From NCBI RefSeq assembly GCF_001194135.2, contig NC_068984.1, positions 24,511,671 to 24,575,670 on the forward strand: a DNA stretch of 64,000 bases, read 5' to 3'. The notes below the pieces were generated by a model. The model searched no databases. It saw nothing but the letters and a program-made list of their open reading frames with translations, and was not told the DNA's origin. The position numbers were made by a program, and so were the translations under genes. The stretch is from Octopus bimaculoides (lineage: Eukaryota). How positions within the stretch are numbered: the stretch's first letter is position 1; each line of letters opens with the position of its first letter. Below are positions 24,111 through 37,477 of the stretch, in pieces.

Positions 24111-24630
24111 AATTTTAAGGGAAATAAGTAACAAAGAATAGAAACACTTTCAATGATTCAGTCTATGAAGCAAAATATCAGAGTTGGATCAACTCAATGC
24201 TGCAAGAAGTGGTAATACTGTAAAATTGGTGATTAGTTCATTAGCCTGCTGTATAGTGGAGTCTTCCAAACTGATTAACTTTAGATTCTCTATGTATAGA
24301 CAGTCTTCTGTGATATTACTATGGCCAATTGGGTTATAGTGTTTACCATTATCTTATGTACAAAAATTACATGTCAGTAACTCTATGTATGGCTGGTTTG
24401 AATGCTAAAGAGTTAATCATGGTATGCTATTTAATTTTTCATGCCAGGTTTATCTTGGTGAATCATATTTTTTATTCGGCATCACTTAATTAGCAGCTAT
24501 GAAATGTTATCTATAATGGTTGCACTAGTGAAAGCTAGTTTCCTAGGTTTTAGACTTGCTGTTGTTTTCTTTGTTATAACTTGCTTTACTTTTTATATTA
24601 AAATGTCCTTTGGCATTTCTTCTTGTATAG

Positions 24631-24775
24631 CTTGCATCCCAAGGTGGCGGTGGAACTGCAACACAAATGGTCAGTCTCGATGTGCATGCTTTGAATGAAC
24701 TTCAAACTAAGGGTGTTCCTCTCACTGATGATTTACCAAAATATAAGTATACTGCTGATGAAAATGGGAACTATG
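24631..24775 (+). CDS. AARS1: AARS1 coding exon 11 (followed by a GC donor)
   Basis: LASQGGGG...[25 protein letters not shown]; only G|GCAAGT gives the phase 1 needed by the next exon; 145 nt. Confidence 0.92.
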
Positions 24776-25747
24776 GCAAGTAACCTAATCACTAACTCTC
24801 AACAGAATTATGATTGTATTCTAAAGTACATTTTTCATTGTTTATAGCAATTATATTTCATTTTGAAAATTTATCATATGAGATCTTCATATAAAAGCTG
24901 GTGAGGTTGGATAATGTGTTTGTGAGTGTGTGTCTATGCAAATGCTTATGTATAGTATTTTGGTTGCTTCAAGTTTGTAAGATTGAATTGTAGTTCACTG
25001 TTGGTGAAATATACTGAATGTTCCAGCAAGTAAAGCATCCATGATAAAGTTTATCACTGCAGGGGTTATTCTTTTAAAGTGCATTTACCTTCTGTTTTCA
25101 ATTATTTGTATGCATGTGTATTGGCTTCCCTTTTATGTATGAGGTGGTGCTGAAAAGCTCCTGGTTTTAGGTAAAAGAAAGTGCAGGAGGATCAGTTAAT
25201 TATGATTTTATTCAACATATTCCCTTCTTAAATTCACACACTTAGTGCAGTGGTCCTTCAGTTTTTCTAAGGCTTGTAAAAGAACTTGGAGAATTGGGCC
25301 TCCAACCAGGCCTTTTGCGATACCCTTAAAGCCAGGAAGTTTTCAGCACCCCCTTGTAATAAACCAAACCTTCCACTACTCACCCATTGTGTTCTGGTTC
25401 CAACTTCACATTTGCAGGTTCTTCACTTCTGTTCTCCACTGTTAAAACCCCACCTTCTTTTGTTAAATTGATCTGTTCAGTTACATTTCATATTTCAGTT
25501 TTATAATGTAGTATCATGAAAAATCGGATTCATACTGTCTTCTTCCTCCTGGTTATTTGGTACTAACTTCTTCTTTTAGAGTGATCTAAACTAAAACCTT
25601 TAATCAAACTTTCATGTTAATTTATGTTCTAAACCCCAACTTAATAGTAAAGTCATTTTACTAAATTTTTGTTTTCAAAATTAATTGAAACAAAGACAGA
25701 AATATTGCAACAAAAAGGGTTAACTGTGTTATTTATTTACATTTCAG

Positions 25748-25914
25748 TTTTTGAGACAAACACTGGATCTATAGTAGCTTTACGCATTAGTAAAGATTTT
25801 GTTCAGAAAGTGCCTGCTGGTGTTGAGTGTGGTGTCTTACTAGATTCAACAAACTTCTATGCTGAGCAGGGTGGTCAGATTTATGATGAAGGATTCATGA
25901 CCAAACAAAATGAG
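25748..25914 (+). CDS. AARS1: AARS1 coding exon 12
   Basis: [22 protein letters not shown]; 167 nt. Confidence 0.97.
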
Positions 25915-27319
25915 GTATGAAATATTTCTTTGGCTTTGGAACTTATTAAATATTCCTTTCCGTCAGTTGATATATTCTTCTTTATAGAGGTACAGAATTT
26001 TTAAGCCACATTGTAGTCTAATCTAGAATTTATGTATGTTTCCTATGAACAAATACTATGATCTGATTTCCATTCTGGCTTATTTTCTTCACTTTCATCA
26101 GTAATGCTTTTGAAAAAGGTATAATACATTAAGTCCATATCTGAAGCTTGCATATGTATAAGAAACTATGCTTTTAATTGTATTACATTGATAATATAGT
26201 GTAACTAGGAGTGTCTAGTGTATTGATTCTAAATAAATATAAGGTCCTTCTGAAATGTTTAATCTTTTACAGTTTGGTTATATTGGTAAATGAAATAGGG
26301 TAATAGTTATACAAAAACTTTCCATGTGGCTGGTAGTGGGTACACGGTACTGACATTCCAAAGAGGCAGGAAAGTGCATCTGGCTTCCTCACCACCACTG
26401 CTGGACAATTTTCATCTGCTACTGATATAGTTTTGGCTTTCTAACCACAGTGCATCCATATGAGATATTATCCCTGGATGAATACTACAGTTAATTTACC
26501 TTTCATGATGTATCTGCACAAATGGTTATGGTTATTTTCCTAAATATTTTTTAGAAAATAGAATATAACAAACTCTGTGATATAACAATAATGATACATT
26601 TAAAAAATAGGAAAAATTCTAGAAGTCATCTGCCTGTATTGCACACCTCTTTGAAATTTAGACAAGTGTTTAGTTGAAATTTCTGAAGGACATAGTTTAT
26701 AATATTTACATAAATTTTAGGACTAAAAATGAATGCTACCTATCAACAATTTAGTGAACTTTTCATTCTAAATGAATAGATGTTTCACAATTAAGCATTA
26801 TTAAAATTCTTTCTTAAGAACTCTATAATTTTGAAATATATAAATGGATCTGTGTAATACTTAGAAGTTGTCATGGAAATTAAACAGTTATCTAAAGTAA
26901 TGCTGGAAGAAACTGGCATTTAATTTATTTATTTGTTGAATTCTTGAAACTATAAACTGAATTGTTCTTTATATGTATTAAGTCTGTCATGAGCCTAAAA
27001 AGGACTATTATGATGTAGTTTGTGCTGGATCCTGAGCTGTTTTAAACAACTGAGAGTACAAGACTACCTCTGGTGCATCATGAATTAAAGCTCAGAAATT
27101 TAAAAATTAGACTGTCTACCATGGGGCTAGCCTAGTTCAAGACTGTGTTATATAGCAGCTGATCTGTGCTATTGACTGTGATAGAAAGCTGAATATATCT
27201 TCCAAGTAGTGGTCAACAACCTGTGAAATAATTCATCAGGAGATCCCTACCTCTTTTCTCCAGACATCCATAGCATAGAAATAATGTTTACACTCTTATT
27301 TCACCCACAATGAGACCTT

Positions 27320-28980
27320 CATCATCATCATCGTTTAACGTCCGCTTTCCATGCTAGCATGGGTTGGACGATTTGACTGAGGACTGGTGAAACCGGATGG
27401 CAACACCAGGCTCCAATCTAAATTTGGCAGAGTTTCTACAGCTGAATGCCCTTCCTAACGCCAACCACTCAGAGAGTGTAGTAGGTGCTTTTACGTGTCA
27501 CCTGCACGAAGGCCAGTCAGGCGATACTGGCAACGGCCACGCTCGAAATGGTGTCTTTTATGTGCCACCCACACAAGCCAGTCCAGGGGCACTAGCAACG
27601 ATCTCGCTCGAAAATCCTACGAAGGCCAGTCAGGCGGTACTGTCAACGGCCACGCTCNNNNNNNNNNNNNNNNNNNNNNNNNNNNNNNNNNNNNNNNNNN
27701 NNNNNNNNNNNNNNNNNNNNNNNNNNNNNNNNNNNNNNNNNNNNNNNNNNNNNNNNNNNNNNNNNNNNNNNNNNNNNNNNNNNNNNNNNNNNNNNNNNNN
27801 NNNNNNNNNNNNNNNNNNNNNNNNNNNNNNNNNNNNNNNNNNNNNNNNNNNNNNNNNNNNNNNNNNNNNNNNNNNNNNNNNNNNNNNNNNNNNNNNNNNN
27901 NNNNNNNNNNNNNNNNNNNNNNNNNNNNNNNNNNNNNNNNNNNNNNNNNNNNNNNNNNNNNNNNNNNNNNNNNNNNNNNNNNNNNNNNNNNNNNNNNNNN
28001 NNNNNNNNNNNNNNNNNNNNNNNNNNNNNNNNNNNNNNNNNNNNNNNNNNNNNNNNNNNNNNNNNNNNNNNNNNNNNNNNNNNNNNNNNNNNNNNNNNNN
28101 NNNNNNNNNNNNNNNNNNNNNNNNNNNNNNNNNNNNNNNNNNNNNNNNNNNNNNNNNNNNNNNNNNNNNNNNNNNNNNNNNNNNNNNNNNNNNNNNNNNN
28201 NNNNNNNNNNNNNNNNNNNNNNNNNNNNNNNNNNNNNNNNNNNNNNNNNNNNNNNNNNNNNNNNNNNNNNNNNNNNNNNNNNNNNNNNNNNNNNNNNNNN
28301 NNNNNNNNNNNNNNNNNNNNNNNNNNNNNNNNNNNNNNNNNNNNNNNNNNNNNNNNNNNNNNNNNNNNNNNNNNNNNNNNNNNNNNNNNNNNNNNNNNNN
28401 NNNNNNNNNNNNNNNNNNNNNNNNNNNNNNNNNNNNNNNNNNNNNNNNNNNNNNNNNNNNNNNNNNNNNNNNNNNNNNNNNNNNNNNNNNNNNNNNNNNN
28501 NNNNNNNNNNNNNNNNNNNNNNNNNNNNNNNNNNNNNNNNNNNNNNNNNNNNNNNNNNNNNNNNNNNNNNNNNNNNNNNNNNNNNNNNNNNNNNNNNNNN
28601 NNNNNNNNNNNNNNNGGGCCATCTACCTGAAGGGGTTTGTGTTTTATCTACCTTCCTACTTATTAGGATTTTGGTTTTAGCTAGATTGACTCTAAGGCCC
28701 TTCAATTCTAGACCTTGCTTCCACACCTGAAACTTCTCTAGTTCTGATAGTGACTCCGCAATTAAGGCAAGGTCATCAGCATAGAGGAGCTCCCAGGGGC
28801 AACCTGTCTTGGAATCCTCTGTGATTGCCTGGAGGACTATGATAAATAGGAGGGGGCTGAGGACGGAACCTTGGTGGACCCCCTACCTCTACCCGGAATT
28901 CATTGCTGTACTCATTTCCAACCCTCACCTTACTGGCAGCATCTCTGTACATGGCTCGCACAGCTCTCACTAACCATTCT
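27320..28980 (-). mobile_element. Young 5'-truncated RTE LINE with RT core (YADD), spanning an N gap
   Basis: EWLVRAVRAMY...PWELLYADDLALIA...KGLRVNLAKTK; one extra G in a G-run near 28880; (CAT)n on + at 27320. Confidence 0.92.
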
Positions 28981-29127
28981 TGTAATATATAAATTGATTT
29001 CAGTTCAGGTTTAAGTTTTGTTGTATGTAATATATGTTTATGTGTAAACGCACATGCGCCATTGTTATATTAATTGTTTATTTTAAAAAATTTGGGTGTT
29101 AATTGGATTAATATTGCTTTTTTTCAG

Positions 29128-29241
29128 GAAGAAGGATTTCTTGTGAAAGATGTTCAGGTGTATGGTGGCTATGTGCTACATGTTGGTGTAAGTGAAGGAG
29201 TTCTGGAAGTAGGAGATATTCTCACACAGACTATCTTTCAG
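29128..29241 (+). CDS. AARS1: AARS1 coding exon 13
   Basis: FLVKDVQVYGGYVLHVG; 114 nt. Confidence 0.96.
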
Positions 29242-29901
29242 GTTTGTTCAATTAGTATTTTAAGGCAAATGTCTCAAAATACACATAGTGATGGCAGTTT
29301 GAAATAACAGAGGCTGTTATGCTTGGTGTATCAAAGACCATAAGTTCAATCTATGTTATAGGTATTATATTTTAGACAAAAATGGATTACTTTATTTACC
29401 TTAGTTTACATTAACTTTTCAAATGTTTCATGATAAAGAACATATTCAAATTTCTGAATGTGTTTGCCTGCTCAGTCCAGAGTAGCTTGCCTAAAATAGT
29501 TTCCTTATGAACATTTAGGTATACAAACCAGAGGAAAAAAATTCCATGTATATTTTAGAGTTTAGTTATTCATTTAAAGCTGATGATTTATTCTGTTGCT
29601 ACTTCAAGTTTCTTGCTTACATGTGTTCTTTCATGCTACATCATTAAATTTGATATCTAGTTTTTTTGCTTTTTTTTTGGAGGGGGACAGGAGATGATAT
29701 CTAAGTCAAATATGATAATGAAATGCTTCTAAAACAGGTTTAAATTTTCTCATGTCAATTCATACTAGGCTTGAGCAAATAACTGAGGAGTATGATAAGA
29801 GCAGCTGCTTCTGTATATGCTGACAGATAATTTTTATTTGAAGCATCTGTCTATATTAAATCTTATTCCATTCCTGTACAGTCTCTTACTCTATTATTCA
29901 G

Positions 29902-30039
29902 TCTCGTCGAGAAGCTATAATGAAGAATCATACTGGAACACACATGTTAAATTTTGGTCTACGACAAGTTCTCAATGAAGCAGATCAGAAAGGTTCTTTA
30001 GTTGCTCCTGATCGTCTTCGTTTTGATTTCACTGCAAAG
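29902..30039 (+). CDS. AARS1: AARS1 coding exon 14 (editing-domain HxxxH)
   Basis: [42 protein letters not shown]; 138 nt. Confidence 0.98.
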
Positions 30040-30841
30040 GTTAGTTTATTTAATCCTCTCTTTTCTCTTTCGTTCTTTTTTTTTTTTTCAAGCTAAGTTT
30101 AAAGAAACTGGTATTTTAAACACAAAAGCCATTACATTAATCTTGTGTATTTGATATATATTGTTCCTAACTATTTCGTTTTTGTATTTTGCTTGCAGTT
30201 CTCTTGATGTGAACTCAGGTGTTGAAACATATTTTGTTGTATCTCAGGGTCATTATGTCAATAATAAACTCACACACAAACACACTGTTTCTTTTTCACT
30301 TATCTCTTTATTTATCAATTGGTTAACCAATTGACAAATAAAGAGATAAAGAAGTGAAAGAGAACCAGTGTATATGTGTGTTTATTATTAGCATAATGTC
30401 CCTACCAAGATACAACAAAAATTTTATTATATATTTTTAATTAGAAATTGTTGGCTAATTATCTTCACAGTTTCCATTATCCAGGCTTTGTGTAATTTGA
30501 ATGAGTCTTTTGTGTTACTCATGAGAGAATTATATTTATTAAAAAAAAAACTAAAGGATACTTCATCTAGTATATGAATGCTGAATTAAAATAAATTAAA
30601 TGAAAATCCATTTCAGATTCATAATTAACAAAAAAATATGTAAAATTTTCATTAACATTAATCTGCTGTGATCTACAACATTGATCCTGAAAACAATATG
30701 GCCATCACTGATTACTAAGCTGTGCAAGCCTGGTATAGATTATATCAGCTAAGCAACTTTCTGCACAAATACTTAATTGATTCCCCAAAACAAGGTGAAA
30801 GATATGATGCTTACAGATTTTCTGTTTCTTTATGATTTTAG

Positions 30842-30982
30842 GGAGCTATGACTGTTGAACAGGTGAAGAAGACAGAAGAATGTGTAAATAAGCTGGCTAC
30901 TGAAAAGCAATTAGTTTATGCAAAAGAAGCAGCCCTTCCAGTTGCTAAATCTATTAAAGGATTACGTGCCATGTTTGATGAG
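30842..30982 (+). CDS. AARS1: AARS1 coding exon 15
   Basis: GAMTVEQVKK...AKSIKGLRAMFDE; 141 nt. Confidence 0.97.
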
Positions 30983-32342
30983 GTAAACAAAAATTAATCA
31001 GTATGATTCTTCATTATTTTTAATTCTATTTCATATATGATTAATTCAGAGGAATTAATCCCATACATTCAGCTTCTCTAATGAGCCCAGTCACTTGCAC
31101 TTGAATAATTTTTTGTGTTAGGAATAATATAGGATAGCTTATAGTTTGTCATAATGATACGCTTCTACCATATTGTTGTTGTTTAACCCCGAGTTATCTC
31201 TGATCCTGCACACTTATGATCACATACATTCCAGCCTTGATCAAATAATCATTCTTGGATAATATAATTTTGTATCTTATTTTGTTTATCTTTTGATTGT
31301 TTCAGTCATTGGACTGTGGCCATGCTGGGGCACAATCTTGAAGGATTTAGTCAAACAAATTGACCCCAGTACCTATATTTTTCTTAGGTCTGGTCTTTTT
31401 TCTGTTGGTTTTCTTTTACAGACACTAGATGTGTCTCTAAGACTTTGAATTAGTCAAAGGCCAAACAAAATATTTTGCAATATTAAAATAAGTACCAAAA
31501 TGAAGGCCAATAGAGTTGGCTGTTCCTTCCCCATCAAAATTTTTGGCTTTGTACCTCTGTAAGAAACGAATATTTAATTAGGTCCCATTTTTTTTTATTA
31601 GATATGGTTTCAATGATGCAGAGTTTATTTCCTTTGAAATATAAGATGTAATGTCTTTAATAATGTGGAAGTTATGGTGCAAGTATGATTTATATAGTTA
31701 ATAAATCCTTTTTGTAAGTACATTGTTTTAGGCTCAATCTCACCGTTTGACACTTTGGGCAGGTGTTTTCTATCATAGCTTTGGATTGAAATTAAGTAGT
31801 TAGAAACTGTGTAGAAGCCTCTCAAAAGGAACTTCCTGTTCTTGGATAGCAAACTTCATCTATCACCCAGTTCAACACCACCACATGGTCTTGGGTACTT
31901 TAGCAGAGTCCACACATTTGGCATCAGATCTCAATTCTGATTCTAACTTCCCCCATTTCATTGGCTCCTAGTCTCACAGACCCTAATAAAGGTAATGAGT
32001 GCTGCCCTTCCTCTTCTGTCTCAGTCACCATCATAATCATCACCATTTTATGTTTGCTTTCTATGCTGGCAGCAGTTGAACAGGTCCTTACAGTTCAAGT
32101 TGTTATTCAAAGTTACTATCCTCCTGGATGAGCTGAGGCTCCACATTTTGCTCATATGTTTAAATTATAGCATGGCCTCCATGGTTTCTTTGGTTGGCTG
32201 CTCTTCCTAATATACGACACCTTACACTGTGTACTGGGTGCATTTTATTATGCTGAACTTTTGAGCCAATGTTGGGTTCTTTCAACCCTAAAAAAGTATA
32301 TTAATCAACGTTTTTTTTTCATTCTCCACATTTTGTTTACAG

Positions 32343-32455
32343 GTATACCCTGATCCTGTACGAATTGTATCAATTGGAATTCCGGTTGAAGATCTTGTCA
32401 AAGACCCTTTGGGATCTGGTGGTAATACTAATTCAGTTGAATTCTGTGGTGGCAC
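32343..32455 (+). CDS. AARS1: AARS1 coding exon 16 (editing CGGT)
   Basis: [12 protein letters not shown]...SVEFCGGT; 113 nt. Confidence 0.98.
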
Positions 32456-32587
32456 GTAAGTATTAGCCAACTCATTAGACTCTTTTGCTATCAGAAAGTT
32501 ATGATTTGAAATATTAACTTTTTTTATTTTTTTCTCTTCATTTATTGATGCTTTTTATTATTAATTAACCTTTATTGATCATTGCAG

Positions 32588-32696
32588 TCATTTAAAAAGC
32601 TCTGACCATATAGGTGGTATGGTCATTGTATCAGAAGAGGCAATTGCGAAAGGAATTCGTAGAATCATTGCTGTTACAGGGAATGAAGCTGAAAAG
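32588..32696 (+). CDS. AARS1: AARS1 coding exon 17
   Basis: HLKSSDHIG...[17 protein letters not shown]; 109 nt. Confidence 0.98.
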
Positions 32697-33826
32697 GTGA
32701 GTTTCTTTTCTTTCTCCTCCTTCAAATGTCAGTTTCCATGATTTTCCTTGTATCTAATGTGTAATGTATCCTATTTCTGAGAATATCTCAAATGTTTTAT
32801 TCAAATGTTTTCCTGTATTAGAAGCAATGAATTCTCATATGAGCATGTGACTGGCTGCAAGTACGTGACATTGAAAAAGACCAAAAAGGCTGAAAAGCAT
32901 CTGACGTTCTCATTAGCCACTGCTGAGATGAATTTTCATCTCTCTCTCTCTCTCTCTCTCTGATATTTATTGGCTATAAGACGTGTTATCTCAGGAGAAA
33001 TATTGCAGCAACTAGCCTATCAACAGTGTGTATACATTAAATAGATACACAGATGGCTATATACATATATATTTTTTTTGTTTCAATCACTCTTATTTTT
33101 TGAGAATAATCTGATATCCATCTATCCTGTGATATCTGTTTATTGTTATTCTAATTATACTAAAACTTTTATCTTACCTCTCTGTTATCTTATTACTTTT
33201 TCAGAGGTCTTTATTTAGTATTCATTTTGCCTCATTGTGTCTGTGCTAGTGTGATTGTTTCCTTTGTTGTCTTAGAAGGGCTACAGAACACAGCAACCTT
33301 CTCCAGTTCACTGACATGTTAACTTAAAATAAATGATACACATGCATACTAAAGAATGAGTTATAGTAAGGACATAAAATAATTAGCTACAGTTACATAC
33401 TGCCGAAGACCTCAACCAAAATAGAAAAATTAAGAAACACAATAGAAAATTTGTAGTTCTTCCCAATAGCCAAAACCATAGTGGTTTGACTGAACTAAAA
33501 GAACTTGGTTATATCAAACAAAACTTTACAATTATGTGCTTTCTTGACCCTGAACTTTTCCCAAGTTCATATTGCATGTCTAGCTAGCTACATTCCTCTC
33601 CATATGCTGTTGATCCATTGACTTTACCACATGCATTTCATTTCTGTTACACTCTTCTACTTCTAATACACATATTATATGACTTGTGTAGAAGGGAACT
33701 TTTTACTTTTAAATTATACATTCATTCCTCCTCTAAATGCTTGTTTTTTAGAAATATTAAATTAAAAATTTTGTTTTTGTTTTTAATTCTTTGCTAATCT
33801 AAAAGTTTTAAAATATTTCTTACCAG

Positions 33827-33940
33827 GCACTACATCGCGCATCAGTATTTGAGAAGGATGTTGAAGAGTTGTTTAACAAAGTCAACAGTCCAGATTGTAA
33901 TGATAGACAGGTGTCTAAAGATATCATTCATGTTGATGAA
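33827..33940 (+). CDS. AARS1: AARS1 coding exon 18
   Basis: ALHRASVFEKDVEEL...; CCAG acceptor and GTAAGT donor; 114 nt. Confidence 0.92.
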
Positions 33941-34419
33941 GTAAGTGATTAATTTTAACATTAGAATCATAACAACCACTACCATCACTATCATCATGGT
34001 ACACAGCACTCAGCTGGTACCTGAGAGATACAGGGTTCGATTCTCTGTAGCCACATGCTGGCAACTTTTTATCAAGGTGGTGCTCCAGCATGGCCGCAGT
34101 CTAATGACTGAAAGAAGTAAAAAAAAAACAAAAGTAAAAGTAAAATAACAAAATAGTGAAGACAGATAACTTCTTACAATGCAAAAAAGGAATAATTTAA
34201 TTACCTTTATGAAAACAAATTAGTTACCTTTCAAAAAAAAAAAAAATGACCATCCGAAAAACAATATCTGTTTCAACACACAACTTCACATCAGGAATCT
34301 TGCACCACAAATTCATACCTTTATATGTTTTAAGCACAAAGCCTCATCATCAGACGTGAACAGAGTAAAGACATGTGAGTCTATATAGTTTCAGCCATGT
34401 TGATTGTTGTGCAGACATT

Positions 34420-34760
34420 CATCATCATCATCGTCGTTTAACGTCCACTTTCCATGCTAGCCTGGGTTGCACGATTTGACTGAGGACTGGTGAACCAGAT
34501 GGCTACACCAGGCTCCAATCTGATTTGGCAGAGTTTCTACAACTGGATGCCCTTCCTAACGCCAACCACTCCGAGAGTGTAGTAGGTGCTTTTACGTGTC
34601 ACTGGCACGAAGGCCAGTCGGGCGGTACTGGCAATGGCCACGCTCAAAATGGTGTATTTTATGTGCCACCTGCACAGGAGCCAGTTCGGCGGCACTGGCA
34701 ACGATCTCACTCGAATGTCTTTACATGTGCCATCTAGTACAAGTGCCAGGAAGGCGATGC
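34420..34760 (-). mobile_element. RTE LINE 3' end
   Basis: (CAT)n plus the tail family in reverse. Confidence 0.85.
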
Positions 34761-35924
34761 TGAGCATAGGTGCCATTGACGGTTTCGACCCTAGAATATC
34801 CATGTAAGTGGTGGTGGCAGCAATGGGATAATATAGTAGCAGCAGCCATTCCCCAAATAGTGCTGGCTGTGACCTCAGAGGTCATAGTGGGAGCAGCATT
34901 GGATGGCTAGCTGTTGGCTAGCAGCAGTTGTGATGTGGATTGCCAAGATTGATAGAAAGGCAGAAAAAAATGCCTTCTGGCATTTAGTTATGTTCCTTTA
35001 CATTCTGATTTCAAATCTCACCAAAGTCACTTCTAATTTTCATCTTTCTGGGGTCTATCTAATCAGTCATACCCCTCCATAACTTTTGAGGCAATATCAA
35101 CAATATCATGAGTATTACCGCCATAATCATTGTTGACATTATTGTTGTTGCTAATACCACAACCATCATCATCATCACTATTATACCAACATTGCAATCC
35201 CCACAGATGTCACCACAATCATTATTTAATTCTGTAATCATTGTCATTATTACCTTTCATTATTATCATCATCATCATCATCATCATCAGTATTATTACT
35301 TTCATTGTTACTAATCATCCCATTAGGGCGACGAGTTGGCAGAATGGTTAGCATGCTGGGCAAACTGCTTAGTGGCATGTCATCTATTTTTACATTCTGA
35401 GTTCAAATTCTACCAAGGTCGACTTTGTCTTTTATCCTTTTGGGGTTAATAAAATAAGTATCAGTTGAGAACTGGGGTCAGTGCAATCAACTTACCCCCT
35501 CCCCTGAAATTGCTGGCCTTGTGCCAAAATTTGAAACCATTACTAATCATCCCATTAACATGTTTTCTCTTCACTTGTTCACTCAATGTCAGTTTTTCTA
35601 TTATAACGGGTTGGATGGGGGCTTATTTGAAGCAGCATTTCAGTTTCCATCTACCAAATCCACACACAAGGCTTTGATCGGCCTCAGGCTATCGTAGAAG
35701 ACACTTGCCGAAAGTGCCACACAGTGGCACTGAACCCAGAACCATGTGGTTGGTAAACAAGGTACTTGCCACACAGCCACTCCTGCACCTTTCTCTTTGA
35801 CCAAAACAGTTTAGTTTATCCATTCTCATGCTCATTTCCATTATCCCTTATTAGTTGCACCTATCTACTTTCTTGTTGGATTGTTTCTTTTTCTCTTCAG
35901 TTTCCCCTCTTTATCTATTACTAG

Positions 35925-36044
35925 AGTATCACTCAATCTGGTATTAGTCACTGGAAACGAGACCAGCTGCGTGCTAAGCTAAAAGAGATCAAGAAAGTTT
36001 TAGACAACCGAGATAAGGCCCGAAAAGCTGCCATTCTTAATGAG
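35925..36044 (+). CDS. AARS1: AARS1 coding exon 19
   Basis: SITQSGISHWKRDQLRAKLKEIKKVLDNRDKARKA; 120 nt. Confidence 0.92.
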
Positions 36045-36489
36045 GTAACACGTTCTATTTCCATCATTTTGAACATCACGACTGTTTAACTCTTTTGTGA
36101 CCATATTCTTTACACTGTGTAGATGTTGCAATTAATGTTGAAAATACTGAAGAATTTGAAATTATTTTAGTAAAACAACTTTTTCATTATTATTTTTGTT
36201 GTTTAGAACAGAGCTGAATAAAGAATTTTTAAATATAAACACTTTAAAACAAAAATTTTTGTATGACAGACCAGAGCTAATCAATTGGTATTGAAAAGTT
36301 TAATTAATTCTAGCTTCAGACAGACTAAAATAGATTGATTCAAAGCACAAAACTTGTCTGTAACTCTTAATTTTCTGGAGTCTGCTCCTAAATTTATGAA
36401 CATTTCTTTATATTAACAAGATTGGAGAAGCCATTATCTCTGACTGAAGTTTGCAAAACATGGCAAAGGCATGAAATAGTATGTTTTAT

Positions 36490-36531
<42 letters not shown>

Positions 36532-36769
36532 TGTATAATATATAGTTTATAGGTTAGAGACAGGTGTTCTCTATATAGAATACACTTTGAAGTGCTGAAG
36601 AGATATGAACTTGAGTGGGATAGATGAGTAAGTGTAATGAAAAGCAAGTTAGGCAAGTTGATTTACTCAGAATATTAAATACATTTAATAGAAAAATATA
36701 TCCATGTGTATGGATATAAATTAGTCTCACTTACAGACAATAAATGATATCATGAGTTAAATGGGTAGA

Positions 36770-36971
36770 GTTTATAAGATGCTAGTGTATCACAAATGGT
36801 ATTCTCTGATGGTATTGTACTTACATGAAAGCATGAGGCTTAGTGGTTAGAGTGTTGCACTCAACATTGCAAAGTCTTGATTTTGATTCCTGGATCAGGC
36901 GGTTCTTGAGCAAAGCACTTCATTTCACATTGTTTCAGTCCATTCTGCTATAAACAAATAACTCTGTGATG
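36770..36971 (+). repeat. About 200-bp local direct repeat, copy 1 (empty site; copy 2 at 38024-38624 carries a SINE)
   Basis: GTTTATAAGATGCTAGTGTATCACAAATGGTATTCTC... near-identical in both copies. Confidence 0.9.
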
Positions 36972-37477
36972 GACTGGCATTCCATTGAAGGGGGATGTAG
37001 TGGCCTCAGTCACTTGTACATTGTGGGAACTGGGTTATTGACCCTATGAGTCTGAAGACTCAGCACAATAATGTTTCCGGAAACAGCTGTTGGACTCATA
37101 AAAACTCTACCCATTTAACTCCTGATATCATTAATATTCTGTAGGTGAGACTATTTTATATCCATACACATGTACATTTTTTTCTATTAAATGTATTTAA
37201 TATTTTGTGTAAATCAACTGGCCTAAGTTGCTTGTCATTACATTTACTCACATATAATATATGTATGTATGGATGTTATATAACTTTCCCATGCTGGCAA
37301 AAATTAGATAAGTCAAAGTCCACTGATATTAGTATATACACATAATACTACAAAAAAAAAAAAGCCTCTTAAGAGTATAGATAGTTGTGTATAAAAGTAA
37401 TTAAGACAAGACTTTCATAAAGTTGCAGCAGTTTAACTCTTTATCTTAATTTAGGTTGGATTATTTTCTATTTCCAG

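Noticed and set aside
32588-32615. Ile at the position matching the mouse 'sticky' Ala734 in the editing domain
   Set aside because: As I recall, bacterial AlaRS also has Ile here, and the HxxxH and CGGTH editing residues are intact.
35059-35314. ORFs rich in I/T/H or M/V
   Set aside because: Degenerate (CAT)n/(ATT)n low-complexity sequence.
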